Below are positions 24,901-37,136 of a stretch of 64,000 nucleotides of DNA, piece after piece. This DNA comes from Mobula birostris (Eukaryota). Within the stretch, counting starts at the first letter, position 1, and each line of letters opens with the position of its first letter. The notes below the pieces were generated by a model that saw only the letters and a list, made by a program, of their open reading frames with translations, was not told the origin of the DNA and made no database searches. The position numbers and the translations under genes were made by a program. Location: assembly GCF_030028105.1 (NCBI RefSeq), contig NC_092393.1:31101248-31165247 (forward strand). Reading direction: 5' to 3'.

Positions 24901-26415
24901 CACTTTAGCGTGAGAGAGCTGGCAATTCTAAAAATTAAGGATAAAGCCACATAATAGACATGGTTTAGTGTGAAATTTCTTATTCTCATTGGTTTGAGTC
25001 GTGGTATGGTATGGTCAGGAAAGGGAAGATTTATCTCTCATAATGACTAACTAGAGGTTTGGAAGAGGAGCATTGGATCCTCTTCAGCAGCTGATCGGTG
25101 AGTTCAGTGTGTCTGATATAAAAAAGGTATTCTTGAATGGAACATGAAGGTGGAGATGGCCCAATCTGGAATGTTTACCATGCTATCAATTGAATGAGAT
25201 AAGTATCAATTAGCTTCTAATAGTGCAACCATACAAGGTTGCATTAATAAAAATCTTTCTTATTTGTCTACATGCCTTTAAGATCAAGCACGCACGCAAA
25301 ACTCACACAAATAAAATCATGACAAGCAAGTGACAGCCCACTTCAGGGCTCTACTGACATACACCCGCACATGTCTAACAATCAACTGCAGATTCACACC
25401 TTCGCGCAAATGACAATACTCATATAACTAAATAAATATCCTCCATCTAGGAAGAGGGCACCAGACACATCATCCCATTATCGTATTTGTGCTCATCCTG
25501 CACACTTCTGGATTACATAAAATGGTAAATAAATATAAGTGGAGGTCTTGTGTTTAGAAGTAGAGGGACTGGGTTGGGTAAGGAGACCTCTCAAGATAGA
25601 ATACCGCATGAGGGTCTTTTGTACTGTTGGTATGTAGGAAAGTAACAGAACCCTACTTGACTATGAATGAAGGAATAAAAAGGCATTGCATTGTATACTT
25701 TTGTAAATACTTTTATTATGAATAAAGTTTGTATTGACGTTAAAATTTCTATCACTAGTGAACTTTTCCACTCTCCATAACGTCATGCATGATCCATTCT
25801 TCACTCAACAGTCTCCCTTGCTCTACCTGTAACACTCATTGCCATGCTGTAAAAATCTTTTTGCAGTTCATTTGAAAGGTCACTGCTCCAAATGAAGGTT
25901 TTGCTTGCTTGAAGCTCCAGTTCAGAGTTCAAGCAGTAAAAAGGCAAATAAAAAAGCTGCAGATGCTGGGAATCCAGAACAAAAGAAGGGAAAAAAAAAA
26001 CAAGACTATTTGATTTGAAGGCAGTTTGTACATGTTTTGTTTGTATTTCTTTCCCCACATTACCCGTGCAGATCTACAGTACTTTGAGCCCTAGAATTGC
26101 TTAAGGAAGGAGCTATTCAAAAAATTTACTTTTAAGGTGTGGTACAGTAGTGTTGCCATTAACGTAATGCTTTACAATGGCTGTGACCTGGGTTAAATTT
26201 CTACTACTGTCTATAAGGAGGAGTTCATGCATTCTCCCTGTGAATGCATGGGTTCCCTCCAGCTGCTGCAGTTTCCTCCCATATTTCAAAGACATACAGG
26301 ATACTAGTTTTAAAACGCAAACAACAGGAATTCTGCAGATGCTGGAAGTTCAAGCAACACACATAAAAGTTGCTGGTGAACGCAGCAGGCCAGGCAGCAT
26401 CTCTAGGAAGAGGTG

Positions 26416-26452
26416 CAGTCGACGTTTCAGGCCGAGACCCTTCGTCAGGACT
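26416..26452 (-). ncRNA. Minimal hammerhead ribozyme motif (Penelope pLTR)
   Basis: Minus strand AGUC-CUGACGA-AGGGUCUCGGCCU-GAAAC-GUC-GACUG, intact core. Confidence 0.7.
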
Positions 26453-27406
26453 AACTGAAGGAAGAGTGAGTAAGGGATTTGAAAGTTGGAGGGGGAGGGG
26501 GAGATCCAAAATGATAGGAGAAGACAGGAGAAGGAGGGATGGAGCCAAGAGCTGGACAGGTGATAGGCAAAAAGGATACGAGAGGATCATGGGACAGGAG
26601 GTCCGGGAAGAAAGACGGGGGGGGGAACCCAGGGGATGGGCAAGGGGTATATTCAGAGGGACAGAGGGAGAAAAAGGAGAGTGAGAGAAAGAATGTGTGT
26701 ATAAAAATAACGGATGGGGTACGAGGGGGAGGTGGGGCATTAGCGGAAGTTAGAGAAGTCGATGTTCATGCCATCAGGTTGGAGGCTACCCAGAAGGAAT
26801 ACAAGGTGTTGTTCCTCCAACCTGAGTGTGGCTTCATCTTTACAGTAGAGGAGGCCTTTTATATATTGGCGAGACCGGACGCAGACTGGAAGACCGCTTT
26901 GCTGAACACCTGCGCTCTGTCCGCCAGAGAAAGCAGGATCTCCCAGTGGCCACACATTTTAATTCCACATCTCATTCCCATTCTGACATGTCTATCCACG
27001 GCCTCCTCTACTGTAAAGATGAAGCCACACTCAGGTTGGAGGAACAACACCTTATATTCCATCTGGGTAGCCTCCAACCTGATGGCATGAACATCGACTT
27101 CTTTAACTTCCGCTAATGCCCCACCTCCCCCTCGTACCCCATCTGTTACTTATTTTTATACACACATTCCTTCTCTCACTCTCCTTTTTCTCCCTCTGTC
27201 CCTCTGAATATACCCCTTGCCCATCCTCTGGGTCCCCCCCCTTGTCTTTCTTCCCAGACCTCCTGTCCCATGATCTTCTCGTATCCCTTTTGCCTATCAC
27301 CTGTCCAGCACTTGGCTCCATCCCTCCCCCTCCTGTCTTCTCCTATCATTTTGGATCTCCCCCTCCCCCTCCAACTTTCAAATCCCTTACTCACTCTTCC
27401 TTCAGT

Positions 27407-27444
27407 TAGTTCTGACGAAGGGTCTCGGCCTGAAACGTCGACTG
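27407..27444 (+). ncRNA. Minimal hammerhead ribozyme motif (Penelope pLTR)
   Basis: AGUU-CUGACGA-AGGGUCUCGGCCU-GAAAC-GUC-GACUG; intact core with a G.U wobble in stem I. Confidence 0.68.
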
Positions 27445-27545
27445 CACCTCTTCCTAGAGATGCTGCCTGGCCTGCTGCGTTCACCAGGATAGTAGTTTTT
27501 TCGGTCACTTGGATGCACTGTGCTGTATCTCTAAATAAAAAATAA

Positions 27546-30500
27546 AATGTCAACACGAGGAAATCTGCAGATGCTGGAAGTTCAAGCAACACACACAAAA
27601 AGTGCTGGTGAATGCAGCAGGCCAGGCAGCATCTATAGAAAGAGGTACAGTCGAAGTTTCAGGCCGAGACCCTTCGTCAGGACGAACTGAAAGAAGAGAT
27701 AGTTAGAGATTTGAAAGTGGGAGGGGGAGGGGGAGATCCGAAATGATAGGAGAAGACAGGAGGGGAAGGGATGGAGCTAAGAGCTGGAAAGTTGATTGGC
27801 AAAAGGGATATGAGGCTGGAGAAGGGAGAGGATCATGGGATGGGAGGCCTGGGCAGAAAGAAGGGCGGGGGGGGGGGGAGCCCAGAGGATGAGCAAGGAG
27901 TTATAGTGAGAGGGACAGAGGGAGAAAAAAAGGGGAAATAAATAAATAAATAAGGGATGGGGTACGGAGGGCAGGTGGGGCATTAACGGAAGTTAGAGAA
28001 GTCAACGTTCATGCCATCAGTTTGGAGGCTACCCAGACAGAATATAAGGTGTTGTTCCTCCAACCTGAGTGTGGCTTTATCTTGACAGTAGAGGAGGCCG
28101 TGGATAAACATATCAGAATGAGAATGGAACGTGGAATTAAAATGTATGGCCACTGGGAGATCCTGCTTTCTCTGGTGGACAGAGCGTAGGTGTTCAGCGA
28201 AACGGTCTCCCAGCCTGCGTTGGGTCTTGCCAATATATAGAAGGCCGCATCGGGAGCACCGGACACAGTATATCACCCCAGCCGACTCACAGGTGAAGTG
28301 TCGCCTCATCTGGAAGGACTGTCTGGGGCCCTGAATGGTGGTAAGGGAGGAAGTGTAAGGGCATGTGTAGCACTTGTTCTGCTTACAAGGATAAGTGCCA
28401 GGAGGGGGATCGGTGGGAAGGGATGGGGGGAACGAATGAATAAGGGACTCGCGTAGGGAGTGATTCCTGTGGAAAGCAGAAGGGGGGGGTGCTGGGAAAG
28501 ATGTGCTTAGTGGTGGGATCCCGTTGGAGGTGGCGGAAATTACGGAGAATTATATGTTGGACCTGAAGGCTGGTGGGGTGGCAGGTGAGGACAAGGGGAA
28601 CCCTGTTCCTAGTGGGATGGCAGGAGGATGGGGTGAGGGCAGATGTGCGTGAAATGGGAGAGGTGCGTTTGAGAGCAAAGTTGGTGGTGGAAGAAGGGAA
28701 GCCCCTTTCTTTAAAAAAGGAGGACATCTCCTTCATCCTGGAATGAAAAGCCTCATCCTGAGAGCAGATGCGGCAGAGACGGAGGAATTGCGAGAAGGGG
28801 ATGGCATTTTTGCAAAAGACAGGGTGAGAAGAGGAATAGTCCAAGTAGCTGTGAGAGTCTGTAGGCTTATAGTAGACATCAGTAGATAAGCTGTCTCCTG
28901 AGATAGAGTCAGAAAGATCAAGAAAGGGGAGGGAGGTGTCAGAAGTGGACCAGGTAAACTTGAGGGCAGGGTGAAAGTTGGAGACAAAGTTAATGAAGTC
29001 AACGAGCTCAACATGTGTGCAGGAAGCAGCGCCAATACAGGTTGTCAATGTAGCGAAGGAAAAGTGGGGGACAGATACCAGAATAGGCTTGGAAGATGGA
29101 TTGTTCCACAAAGCCAACAAAAAGACAGGCATAGCTAGGACCCATACGGGTGCCCATGGCTACACCTTTAGTTTGGAGGAAGTGGGAGGAGCCAAAGGAG
29201 AAATTATTAAGAGTAAGGACAAATTCCGCTAGACGGAGGAGAGTGGTGGTAGAGGGGAACTGGTTAGGTCTGGAATCCAAAAAGAAGCAGAGAGCTTTGA
29301 GACCTTCCTGGTGGGGGATGGAGGTATATAGGGACTAAACATCCATGGTGAAAATAAAGTGGTGGGGGCCAGGGAACTTAAAATCATTGAAAAAATTCGG
29401 AGTGTGAGAGGTGTCACGAACATAGGTGGGAAGGGATTCAACAAGGGGGATAAAGAGTGTCGAGGTATGCAGAAATGAGTTTGGTGGGGCAGGAGCAAGC
29501 TGAGACAATGGGTCCACCTGGACAGGCAAGTTTGTAGATCTTGAGTAGGAGGTAGAAACGGGAGGTGTGGGGTGTTGGAACTATAAGGTTGGTAGCAGTG
29601 GATGGGAGACCCCCTGAGCTGATAAAGTTGGTGATGGTGTGGGAGACAATGGCCTGGTGCTCTTTAGTGGGGTCATGATCAAGGGGTAAATAAGGGGAGG
29701 TATCTGCGAGTTGTCATTGTGCCTCAGCAGTACGCCAGACTACAAAAGCACCCACCTTATCAGAGGGTTTCATAACAAGGTTAGGATTAGTGCGGAAGGA
29801 GTGGAAAGCAGAGCGTTCCGAGAGAGTGAGGTTGGAATGGGAACAAGGTGGTGAAGTCGAGACGGTTGATGTCTCGTCGGCAGTTAGCAATAAAGAGATC
29901 CAGAGCAGGCAGAAGCCCAGAGTTGGGTGTCCATGAAGAGGAGGAGGGTTGAAGACGGGAGGAGGGTTCATTGGTGGGGGTGGGAGAGCCCTTGCCAAAG
30001 AATTAGGCTTGAAGACGGAGCTGGCGGAAGAAGAGTTCAGCATCATGGCGAGTGCGGAACTCGCTGAGGTGTGGGCGAAGGGGGACAAAGGTAAAGCCCT
30101 TACTGAGGATAGAGCACTCTGCATCAGAGAGTTGAAGGTCATAGGGGATGGTAAAGACCCAGCAGAGATGAGAAGTGGGATTAGAGGGGGGAGGGGGAGG
30201 GAGGCTGGTAGTGTCAGTGGAGAGGAGAGGGTTGGGGTGAGAGGAAGAAGGAGACTCTGAGGGCCCCCTCCCCCTTTCTTTCTCCCTAGGCCTCCCGTTC
30301 CATGATCCTCTCCCTTCTCCAGCCTTGTATCCCTTTTGCCAATCAACTTTCCAGCTCTTAGCTCCATCCCTCCCCCTCCTGTCTTCTCCTATCATTTTGG
30401 ATCTCCCCCTCCCCCTCCCACTTTCAAATCTCTTACTATCTCTTCTTTCAGTTAGTCCTGACGAAGGGTCTCGGCCCGAAACGTCGACTGTACCTCTTCC
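27546..30500 (-). mobile_element. Long Penelope-like element with inverted partial pLTR at its 5' end
   Basis: pLTR 27546-27980, GIY-YIG ORF 27983-28309, RT fragments to ~29760, N-terminal region to ~30255, then a plus-strand pLTR piece 30257-30500. Confidence 0.88.
30454..30490 (+). ncRNA. Minimal hammerhead ribozyme motif (Penelope pLTR)
   Basis: AGUC-CUGACGA(30458-30464)-AGGGUCUCGGCCC-GAAAC-GUC(30483-30485)-GACUG. Confidence 0.7.
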
Positions 30501-30528
30501 TATAATCAGTGACATGTCTGTAATCATG

Positions 30529-31345
30529 TAAGTCAAGTCAAGTCAAGTCAAGTCACTTTTTATTGTCATTTCAATCATGACTGCTGGTACAGTACACAGT
30601 AAAAACAAGACAACGTTTTTCAGGACCTTGGTGCTACATGAAACAATACAAAAACTACACAAAAACAACACTAGACTACAGACCTACCCAGAACTGCAAA
30701 AAGTGCACAAAATAGTGCAGGCATTACAATAAATAATAAACAAGACAATAGGCACAGTAGAGGGCAGTAGGTTGGTGTCAGTCCAGGCTCTGGGTATTGA
30801 GGAGTCTGATGGCTTGGGGGAAGAAACTGTTACATAGTCTGGTCGTGACAGCCCGAATACTTTGGTGCCTTTTTTCAGATGGCAGGAGGGAGAAAAGTTT
30901 GTATGAGGGGTGTGTGGGGTCCTTCATAATGCTGTTTGCTTTACGGATGCAATGTGTGGAGTAAATGTCCGTAATAGCGGGAAGAGAAACCCCGATGATC
31001 TTCTCAGCTGACCTCACTATCCGTTGCAGGGTCTTGCGATCCGAGATGGTGCAATTTCCGAACCAGGCCGTGATGCAGCTCAATACAACCTCTGCAGACT
31101 GTGGTGAGGATGGGGGGTGGGAGATGGACTGTTCTCAGCCTTCGTGGAAAGTAGAGATGCTACTGGGCTTTTTTTGCTATGGAGCTGGTGTTGAGGGACC
31201 AGGTGAGATTCTCCGCCAGGTGAACACCAAGAAATATGATGTTTTTAACGATCTCTGAGGAGGAGTCATCGATGTTCAGCGGAGAGCGGTCACTCCGTGT
31301 AAGAGGTTGTTCATAGAGCTCCTTTGTGGTAGGGTTATGGTTGGG
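30529..31345 (-). mobile_element. Rex1/Babar-like LINE 3' fragment
   Basis: ORF 30778-31083 WFGNCTISDRKTLQRIVRSAEKIIG..FSLLPSEKRHQSIRAVTTRLCNSFFPQAIRLLN; (GTCAA)n tail at 30529-30554. Confidence 0.85.
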
Positions 31346-32760
31346 CAAGTTAGTTCAATACTCTGTTCGTTGTAGGAAAGAGGCTGTTCAATGAACCTGC
31401 TCGTGACATTGAACATACTATAAGCACCACCAACTAATCAGCTGGCCTTCAAATTCCCACTCACATTAAACAGTTGCAGCTGCTACCATCTGGGAAACAG
31501 TACCGCAGCATAAAGTCCAGGACCAACAGTCTTTGGGACAGCTTCTTCCACCAGGCTATCGGACTGATTAATTAATGCTGATACAATTGTATTTCTATGC
31601 TATATTGACTGTCCTGTTGTACATACTACCTATTATAAATTGCTATAAATTGCACATTGCACATTTAGACAGAAATGTAAAGATTTTTACTCCCCGTGTA
31701 TATGAAGCATGTAAGTAATAAAGTCAATTCAAACTTCAGAGTTCTTGATCCAGATTTTTAATCACATGCTCGCTTCTTTTCTCCAAACTCTTGGTTCTTC
31801 CACAATTCATGGCCTCCAGTTGACACCAAACCCCCACCCCTCAATGATGATGTGATGGTTCATTTCCCTCCCACAAAACCAAAAAAGGTGCTTGGTCTCC
31901 AAGCATCCTTTACCGAACACGCTGTCTGACTCCACCCTAACTCTGCAAAGTTTGGAAAGACCACTGTACTCTCCTCCACTCGTAGCAGTTTGTTGATTCC
32001 AATCTCAAAACTTACTGATTGCTTCTCATGGTATTCCTGTGGTTCAGCAGAGAACTGGTAATTAGGACTTGCGCGAGGTTAAAATAGATGCGGGAAAAGT
32101 GAGTGCATTCATATGACTGGTAAACTCCATGTTAGAATCTATGCAAATTCTTTTAAAAAATGTCAAGAACTGATGAAGCATCTCAGCCTGAAACATTGAT
32201 TCTTTATTTATTTTCATAGATGCTGTCTGGCCTGCTGATTTCCTCCAGCATCTTGTTTGGGTTACTCTGGATTTACAGCGTGGGAAGAATCTCAATTGTT
32301 TATTATTTAAAATATTTGTTTCTGAATTGTTAGTAAACATAATTGTAGTTTATGAATATTTGGAGATGTCAGAGATGCCAGCAGCTTTCACTGTCTTACA
32401 GCTGGTAAATTTAAAGCTAGGAATTTGATCAGGCCAGACTACATGATGCTAGATACTGGTGAGAATGCTTTTGTGCCTACTGAATCAAAAAAAAGCTATC
32501 TTTTGACGTTCACATGTAGGAACCTAGGCCAGGTAAGAACTGTTTTACTACTAGAGTAGGTTTGCTGTTGAAAATAAAATGAGTTGGGCCCATATACTGC
32601 ATTCCAAATCCTGTGCACTGTTTTCATAATTTGTTTCATTTAGCTTTATCTCTGCACTAAAACAAAATTGATGCCATCATCTCACCCCAGTGTCCTTATA
32701 AGCAATTCACAAGGAGCCCGTGTAATGGTGGTAAATATTGGTAGGTCAGGTTGAGGTGCC

Positions 32761-32894
32761 TGATGTTGCAGTGTTTGCCAAGCTTGGCAATTAGCTTGCA
32801 GACATCCTCAGCGATGTGCACTGAAAATGTCAGCTCGACCAGTGATGAGACATCTGCAAGCTAATTGCCAAGCTCGGTGAACACCACAACATCA
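32761..32894. repeat. Long inverted repeat (hairpin element)
   Basis: Arms of about 50 bp with a perfect 22-bp core agcttggcaattagcttgcaga (32781-32802) / tctgcaagctaattgccaagct (32853-32874). Confidence 0.85.
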
Positions 32895-33316
32895 AGTAGA
32901 TATAATATACTCCCTCATAATTTACCATAGTGTTATGTATTATCTGTCTCCACTTGTCCTTCCTTCATCCAATGCATGCATTCTTAACATTTCAAAGTGA
33001 TCCATTTTACACAAGTGTTATCCAAAAACCTTTTTACATACTTTTCTTCGCTATTACATCTTTTCTGTGATTTTGTGTCAAAAGGACTATTTCTCCGAGG
33101 CTGCGAAGAATGGTGAAGAAATGTGATTTAAGTGTCTTTGATCATGGAATGCTTGTTGGTGCCAGAAAGGAGGTTTGAGAATCTCAGAAAATGCTGATTG
33201 CCTGGCATTTTCATGTACAACACTCTAGAGTTGACAGAGACTGGTGTAAAAATCAAACAAAAAAAAAATCCAGTGAACAGCAGTTCTGTGGGTAAAAACA
33301 CTTTGTTAATGAGAGA

Positions 33317-34350
33317 CACACACAAAATACTGGTGGAATGCAGCAGGCCAGGCAGTATCTATAGGAAGAGCGCAAACAACAGGAATTCTGCAGATGCTGG
33401 AAATTCAAGCAACACACATCAACGTTGCTGGTGAACGCAGCAGGCCAGGCAGCATCTCTAGGAAGAGGTACAGTTGACATTTCAGGCCGAGACCCTTCGT
33501 CAGGACTAACTGAAGGAAGAGTGAGTAAGGGATTTGAAAGTTGGAGGGGGAGGGGGAGGGGGACTGGGAGATCAGAAATGATAGGAGAAGACAGGAGGGG
33601 GAGAGATGGAGCCAAGAGCTGGAAAGTTGATTGGCAAAAGGGATACAAGGGTAGAGAAGGGAGAGGATCATGTGATGGGAGGCCTGGGAGAAAGAAAGGG
33701 GAAGGGGAGTGCCAGAGGAAGATGGAGAGCAGGCAAGGAGTTATTGTGAGAGAGACAGAGAGAGAAAAAAGAGAGAGGGGAAAAAAAAAGGGAATAAATA
33801 AATGCGTACATACATACATACATACATACATACATACCTATGGGATGGGGTAAGAATGGGAGGGGGGCATTAACGGAAGTTAGAGAAGTCAATGTTCATG
33901 CCATCAGGTTGGAGGCTACCCAGACGGAATATAAGGTGTTGTTCCTCCAACCTGAGTGTGGCTTCATCTTGACAGTAGAGGAGGCCATGGATAGACATAT
34001 CAGAATGGGAATGGGACATGGAATTAAAATGTGTGGCCACTGGAAGATCCTGCTCTCTCTGGCGGACAGAGCGTAGGTGTTCAGCGAAACGGTCTCCCAG
34101 TCTGCGTCGGGTCTCACCAATACATAGAAGGCCTCACCGGGAGCAGTCTAGCACACCAGATTATTCGCTAGACCCATTCTGATATGTCTATCCATGACCT
34201 CCTCTACAACACCTTATATTCCGACTGGCTCTCGGCCTGAAACATCGACTGTGCATCTTCCTATGGATGCTGTCTGGCCTGCTGCATTCCACCAGCATTT
34301 TACGTGTGTTGCTTGAATTTCCAGCATCTGCAGATTTCCTCGTGTTTGCG
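33317..34350 (-). mobile_element. Truncated Penelope-like element with short inverted segment, inserted in a Tc1 relic
   Basis: pLTR and EN end; 14-bp TSD TTGTTAATGAGAGA at 33303-33316 and 34351-34364; Tc1 sequence resumes on the right. Confidence 0.85.
33806..33838. repeat. (TACA)n microsatellite
   Basis: tacatacatacatac run within a pLTR. Confidence 0.9.
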
Positions 34351-35749
34351 TTGTTAATGAGAGAGGTTGAAGTTGACAGGAAGGCGACAGTAACCCAAAT
34401 AACCACGCATTACAACAATGATGTGAAGAAGCGCATCTCTGATTGCACAATATGTTGAACCTTGAAGTGGGTGGCCTACAGCAGCAGAAGACCACACCAG
34501 GTTCCTCTCCTGTAGCTAATGAAGTAGACACTGAGTGTATTTCATATCAAAAACTCTTAAAATAAATATCTCCCCAAATGACCTAATGGACAGATAGTGA
34601 AAAGGTGACAGATCATTATTCATGTCCAGCTTTCTCATTTGTGGAATGAAACCCACAAAAATATATGTCAGAATGAATTCTTGCCTTGAAGGACGTTGCT
34701 GAGTCTGTGAGTCATATGTGAATATAAGAACACTTGGTGATATTTAGTTATTTTTGCCAATATATTTAATGTTGTGATACAGCTGTTTCCTGTTCAACAT
34801 ATCTTTGACACAAGAAGATTATGGCCAGAGGTCTAGCCGCAGGGAGGTAGGTTCCTTTAGTCAGTAATAGAAAATTCAGGGTCAGAAGAGAAATCTTTAC
34901 ATTTGTACTAATAAAGACACCATGTAGTTGCAATGAGGAAGTGAAATAGCTGTTGTTGAAAGTGCAGAAAAGAAAGCATTTGACTTTTACACTTGAGAAG
35001 GGAGAAATGAATAGGTTACGAAATTAACAGAAAATCTAGATGTCAGAATAAGAATTGGAATCAGAAAATTACCAGGAATATGACTTTCGTAATTTCTTCT
35101 AGTGTAAGGATGCCATGATCTCACTAGATTGACAGGTTGAAGGGTAATTTGAGATGAATAAAAGGACAGTTGATAGAATAGGGTATTGTGAGGCAACATT
35201 TCCTGTAAAGATAATATAGCAGTGTAGGTGCAATGTTTGCTCACTGCATGGTGCAACAATGACCATTTTGATTGCGAGGTTTACCATTGTGGCCTTGACA
35301 ACGGGATCTGAAACAGTAAGTTCAGTTAGAACAATGCATTCTCCCTTCAGGACAAGAATAGGTAATGCCACAGTACAGTATCAGTGTACTGTGATGTAAA
35401 TACATGACTATAATTTGTTTCTATAATTGCTGGAGATGAAAAATTGGGCTTTCCATGTGTTTAGAGTAAGAACGTGTATAACTTACTTTATTTGCTTTGT
35501 GGTTATATATCTCTTCCACGACTATTAGTAACATCAGAAGAGAGCCTCAAAGTAACTGATGAAGATGAGAGCATGAATGACACAACTTCTGTCTTTTCTT
35601 TTAGATGCTGATAGTCAAGGGACAGGAATGAAGGTAGAAGAAGGCAACATCACACATCTCCTTTCGTTCTCAGAAAGCTTCACCCAGCCAGCCTGGGATC
35701 TTTCACCATCACCTATCAGCCCAAGAGACTATGATTGATCTCAGAGAAT

Positions 35750-36360
35750 GAATCAGAGTCAGGTTTAATATCTCCGGCTTATGTCATGAAATTTGCAGTT
35801 TTGTGATGGCAGTACATATAATTAAAATAAATTAGTAGTGCAAGAAGGGAGCAAAAATACTGAGGAAGAGTATATGGGGTTATTGCCCATTCAGAAATCT
35901 GATGGTGGAGTGAAGAAGCTGTAGACATTTGCTAGAATCTTAGGTAACATGCCAAATTTCCTCAAACTCCTAGTGAAATGTAGTTACTCTTGTGCCTTCT
36001 TTGTCATCAGTATGTTGGTCCCAGGATAAATCTTCAGAGATATTGACACCCAGGAACTTGAAACTGCTCACCCTTTTCATTACTAATCCCTCAGTGAGAA
36101 CTGGTGTGAGATCTTCAACTTCTCCTTCCTGAAGTCCACAATCAATTTTTGATTTTACTGGCATTGAGTGCAGGGCTGTTGTTATGACAGCACTCAGCCA
36201 GTTGACCTATCTCACTTCTGAACACCTCCTTGCCACCTGCCATAGTTGTGTCATTGGCAAATTTATAGATAGTGTTTGATCGTGGGTGTAGGGAGAGTAG
36301 AGCAGTGGGCTAAACACTCATCCTTGAGGTACACCAGGGTTGACTGTCAGCAAGAAGGAG
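35750..36360 (-). mobile_element. Rex1/Babar-like fragment
   Basis: VMKRVSSFKFLGVNISEDLSWDQH; (AGAATC)-like tail. Confidence 0.7.
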
Positions 36361-37136
36361 ATGTTATTTCTTTTTTGCAGGGCAATTAATAGACAGTAGT
36401 ACAGCATCAGCCAGATCTACAGGGCTTCATTTATTGTGTGATACAATGGCTAACGTAATGGCAAAGTCTTTGTCTAGAGTGCATTTATTTTAATGTTCCA
36501 TTTATTGCTGGCTAGCTTTCAGTAGTGGTTAGTTATTGGGTCATCAATCAATATGGGTTCATTTAGCCCCTCTTCCTCACCACCACCTGCCATCCCTCCA
36601 CTGCAACTCTAATTGATATTCTCAGCAAGCAAAACATCTATTGATTTCTGTTGCTATGTGATTCTTGGAATGATATCAACTAATGTCTTATGAAGGTTCC
36701 GAGCATATAATTTAAGTCAATGCCTGGTATGACTAAGGATCTTATCCCCTCCACTGAGCAACATGAAAACTTTGGCTAATCCTCCCAGAGTCATGCTTCT
36801 CATGGGATAAGGTCAGTTTACCTACTGATTCCTCTTAACCAGTACTTTTCCAGAAGCTGTCATCTAGGTCTTTCAAAATGCTTCTTCTCAGAGCAACTCC
36901 ATGCTATTCTCCTACTTAACCATAGTTTGTGTTACAGAGGGCCTTAATTTTGGAGAAGCAATACCTGATTTTAAATTTTACATTGCAAAACCTTCCCAAT
37001 TACTGTGGCAAATCTAAATATATTTAATAGTGCTAGCTCCAAAGTTTAAATCTTAGCTTGGCATTGGAGCCAATACATTTGAACTGTTTATTTAGAAATT
37101 CACACAGGAAATGTGTATCTTTTGTCACAAAACATA

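Larger units (their letters stand above)
26312..27484. mobile_element. Penelope-like element with two inverted pLTR/endonuclease ends
   Basis: Minus pLTR and EN end 26317-26857, plus-strand EN end and pLTR 26858-27484; 15-bp TSD with one mismatch (caggatactagtttt 26297-26311 / caggatagtagtttt 27485-27499) in an HE1-like SINE. Confidence 0.85.
33128..34520 (+). mobile_element. Tc1/mariner relic split by a Penelope insertion
   Basis: ttgttggtgccaga..tctcagaaaatgctg (33128-33316) continues at 34351 with acagtaacccaaataaccac..cagcagcagaagaccacac. Confidence 0.75.

Noticed and set aside
32016-35307. Additional minus-strand exon candidates (35307-35245 and 32138-32016)
   Set aside because: Splice motifs are good, but joining them gives an early stop and no recognisable protein; indistinguishable from chance without RNA data.
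35605-35738. Plus-strand exon-like segment after a strong acceptor (DADSQGTGMKVEEG...RDYD*)
   Set aside because: No partner exons, no recognisable domain and no nearby poly(A) signal found.
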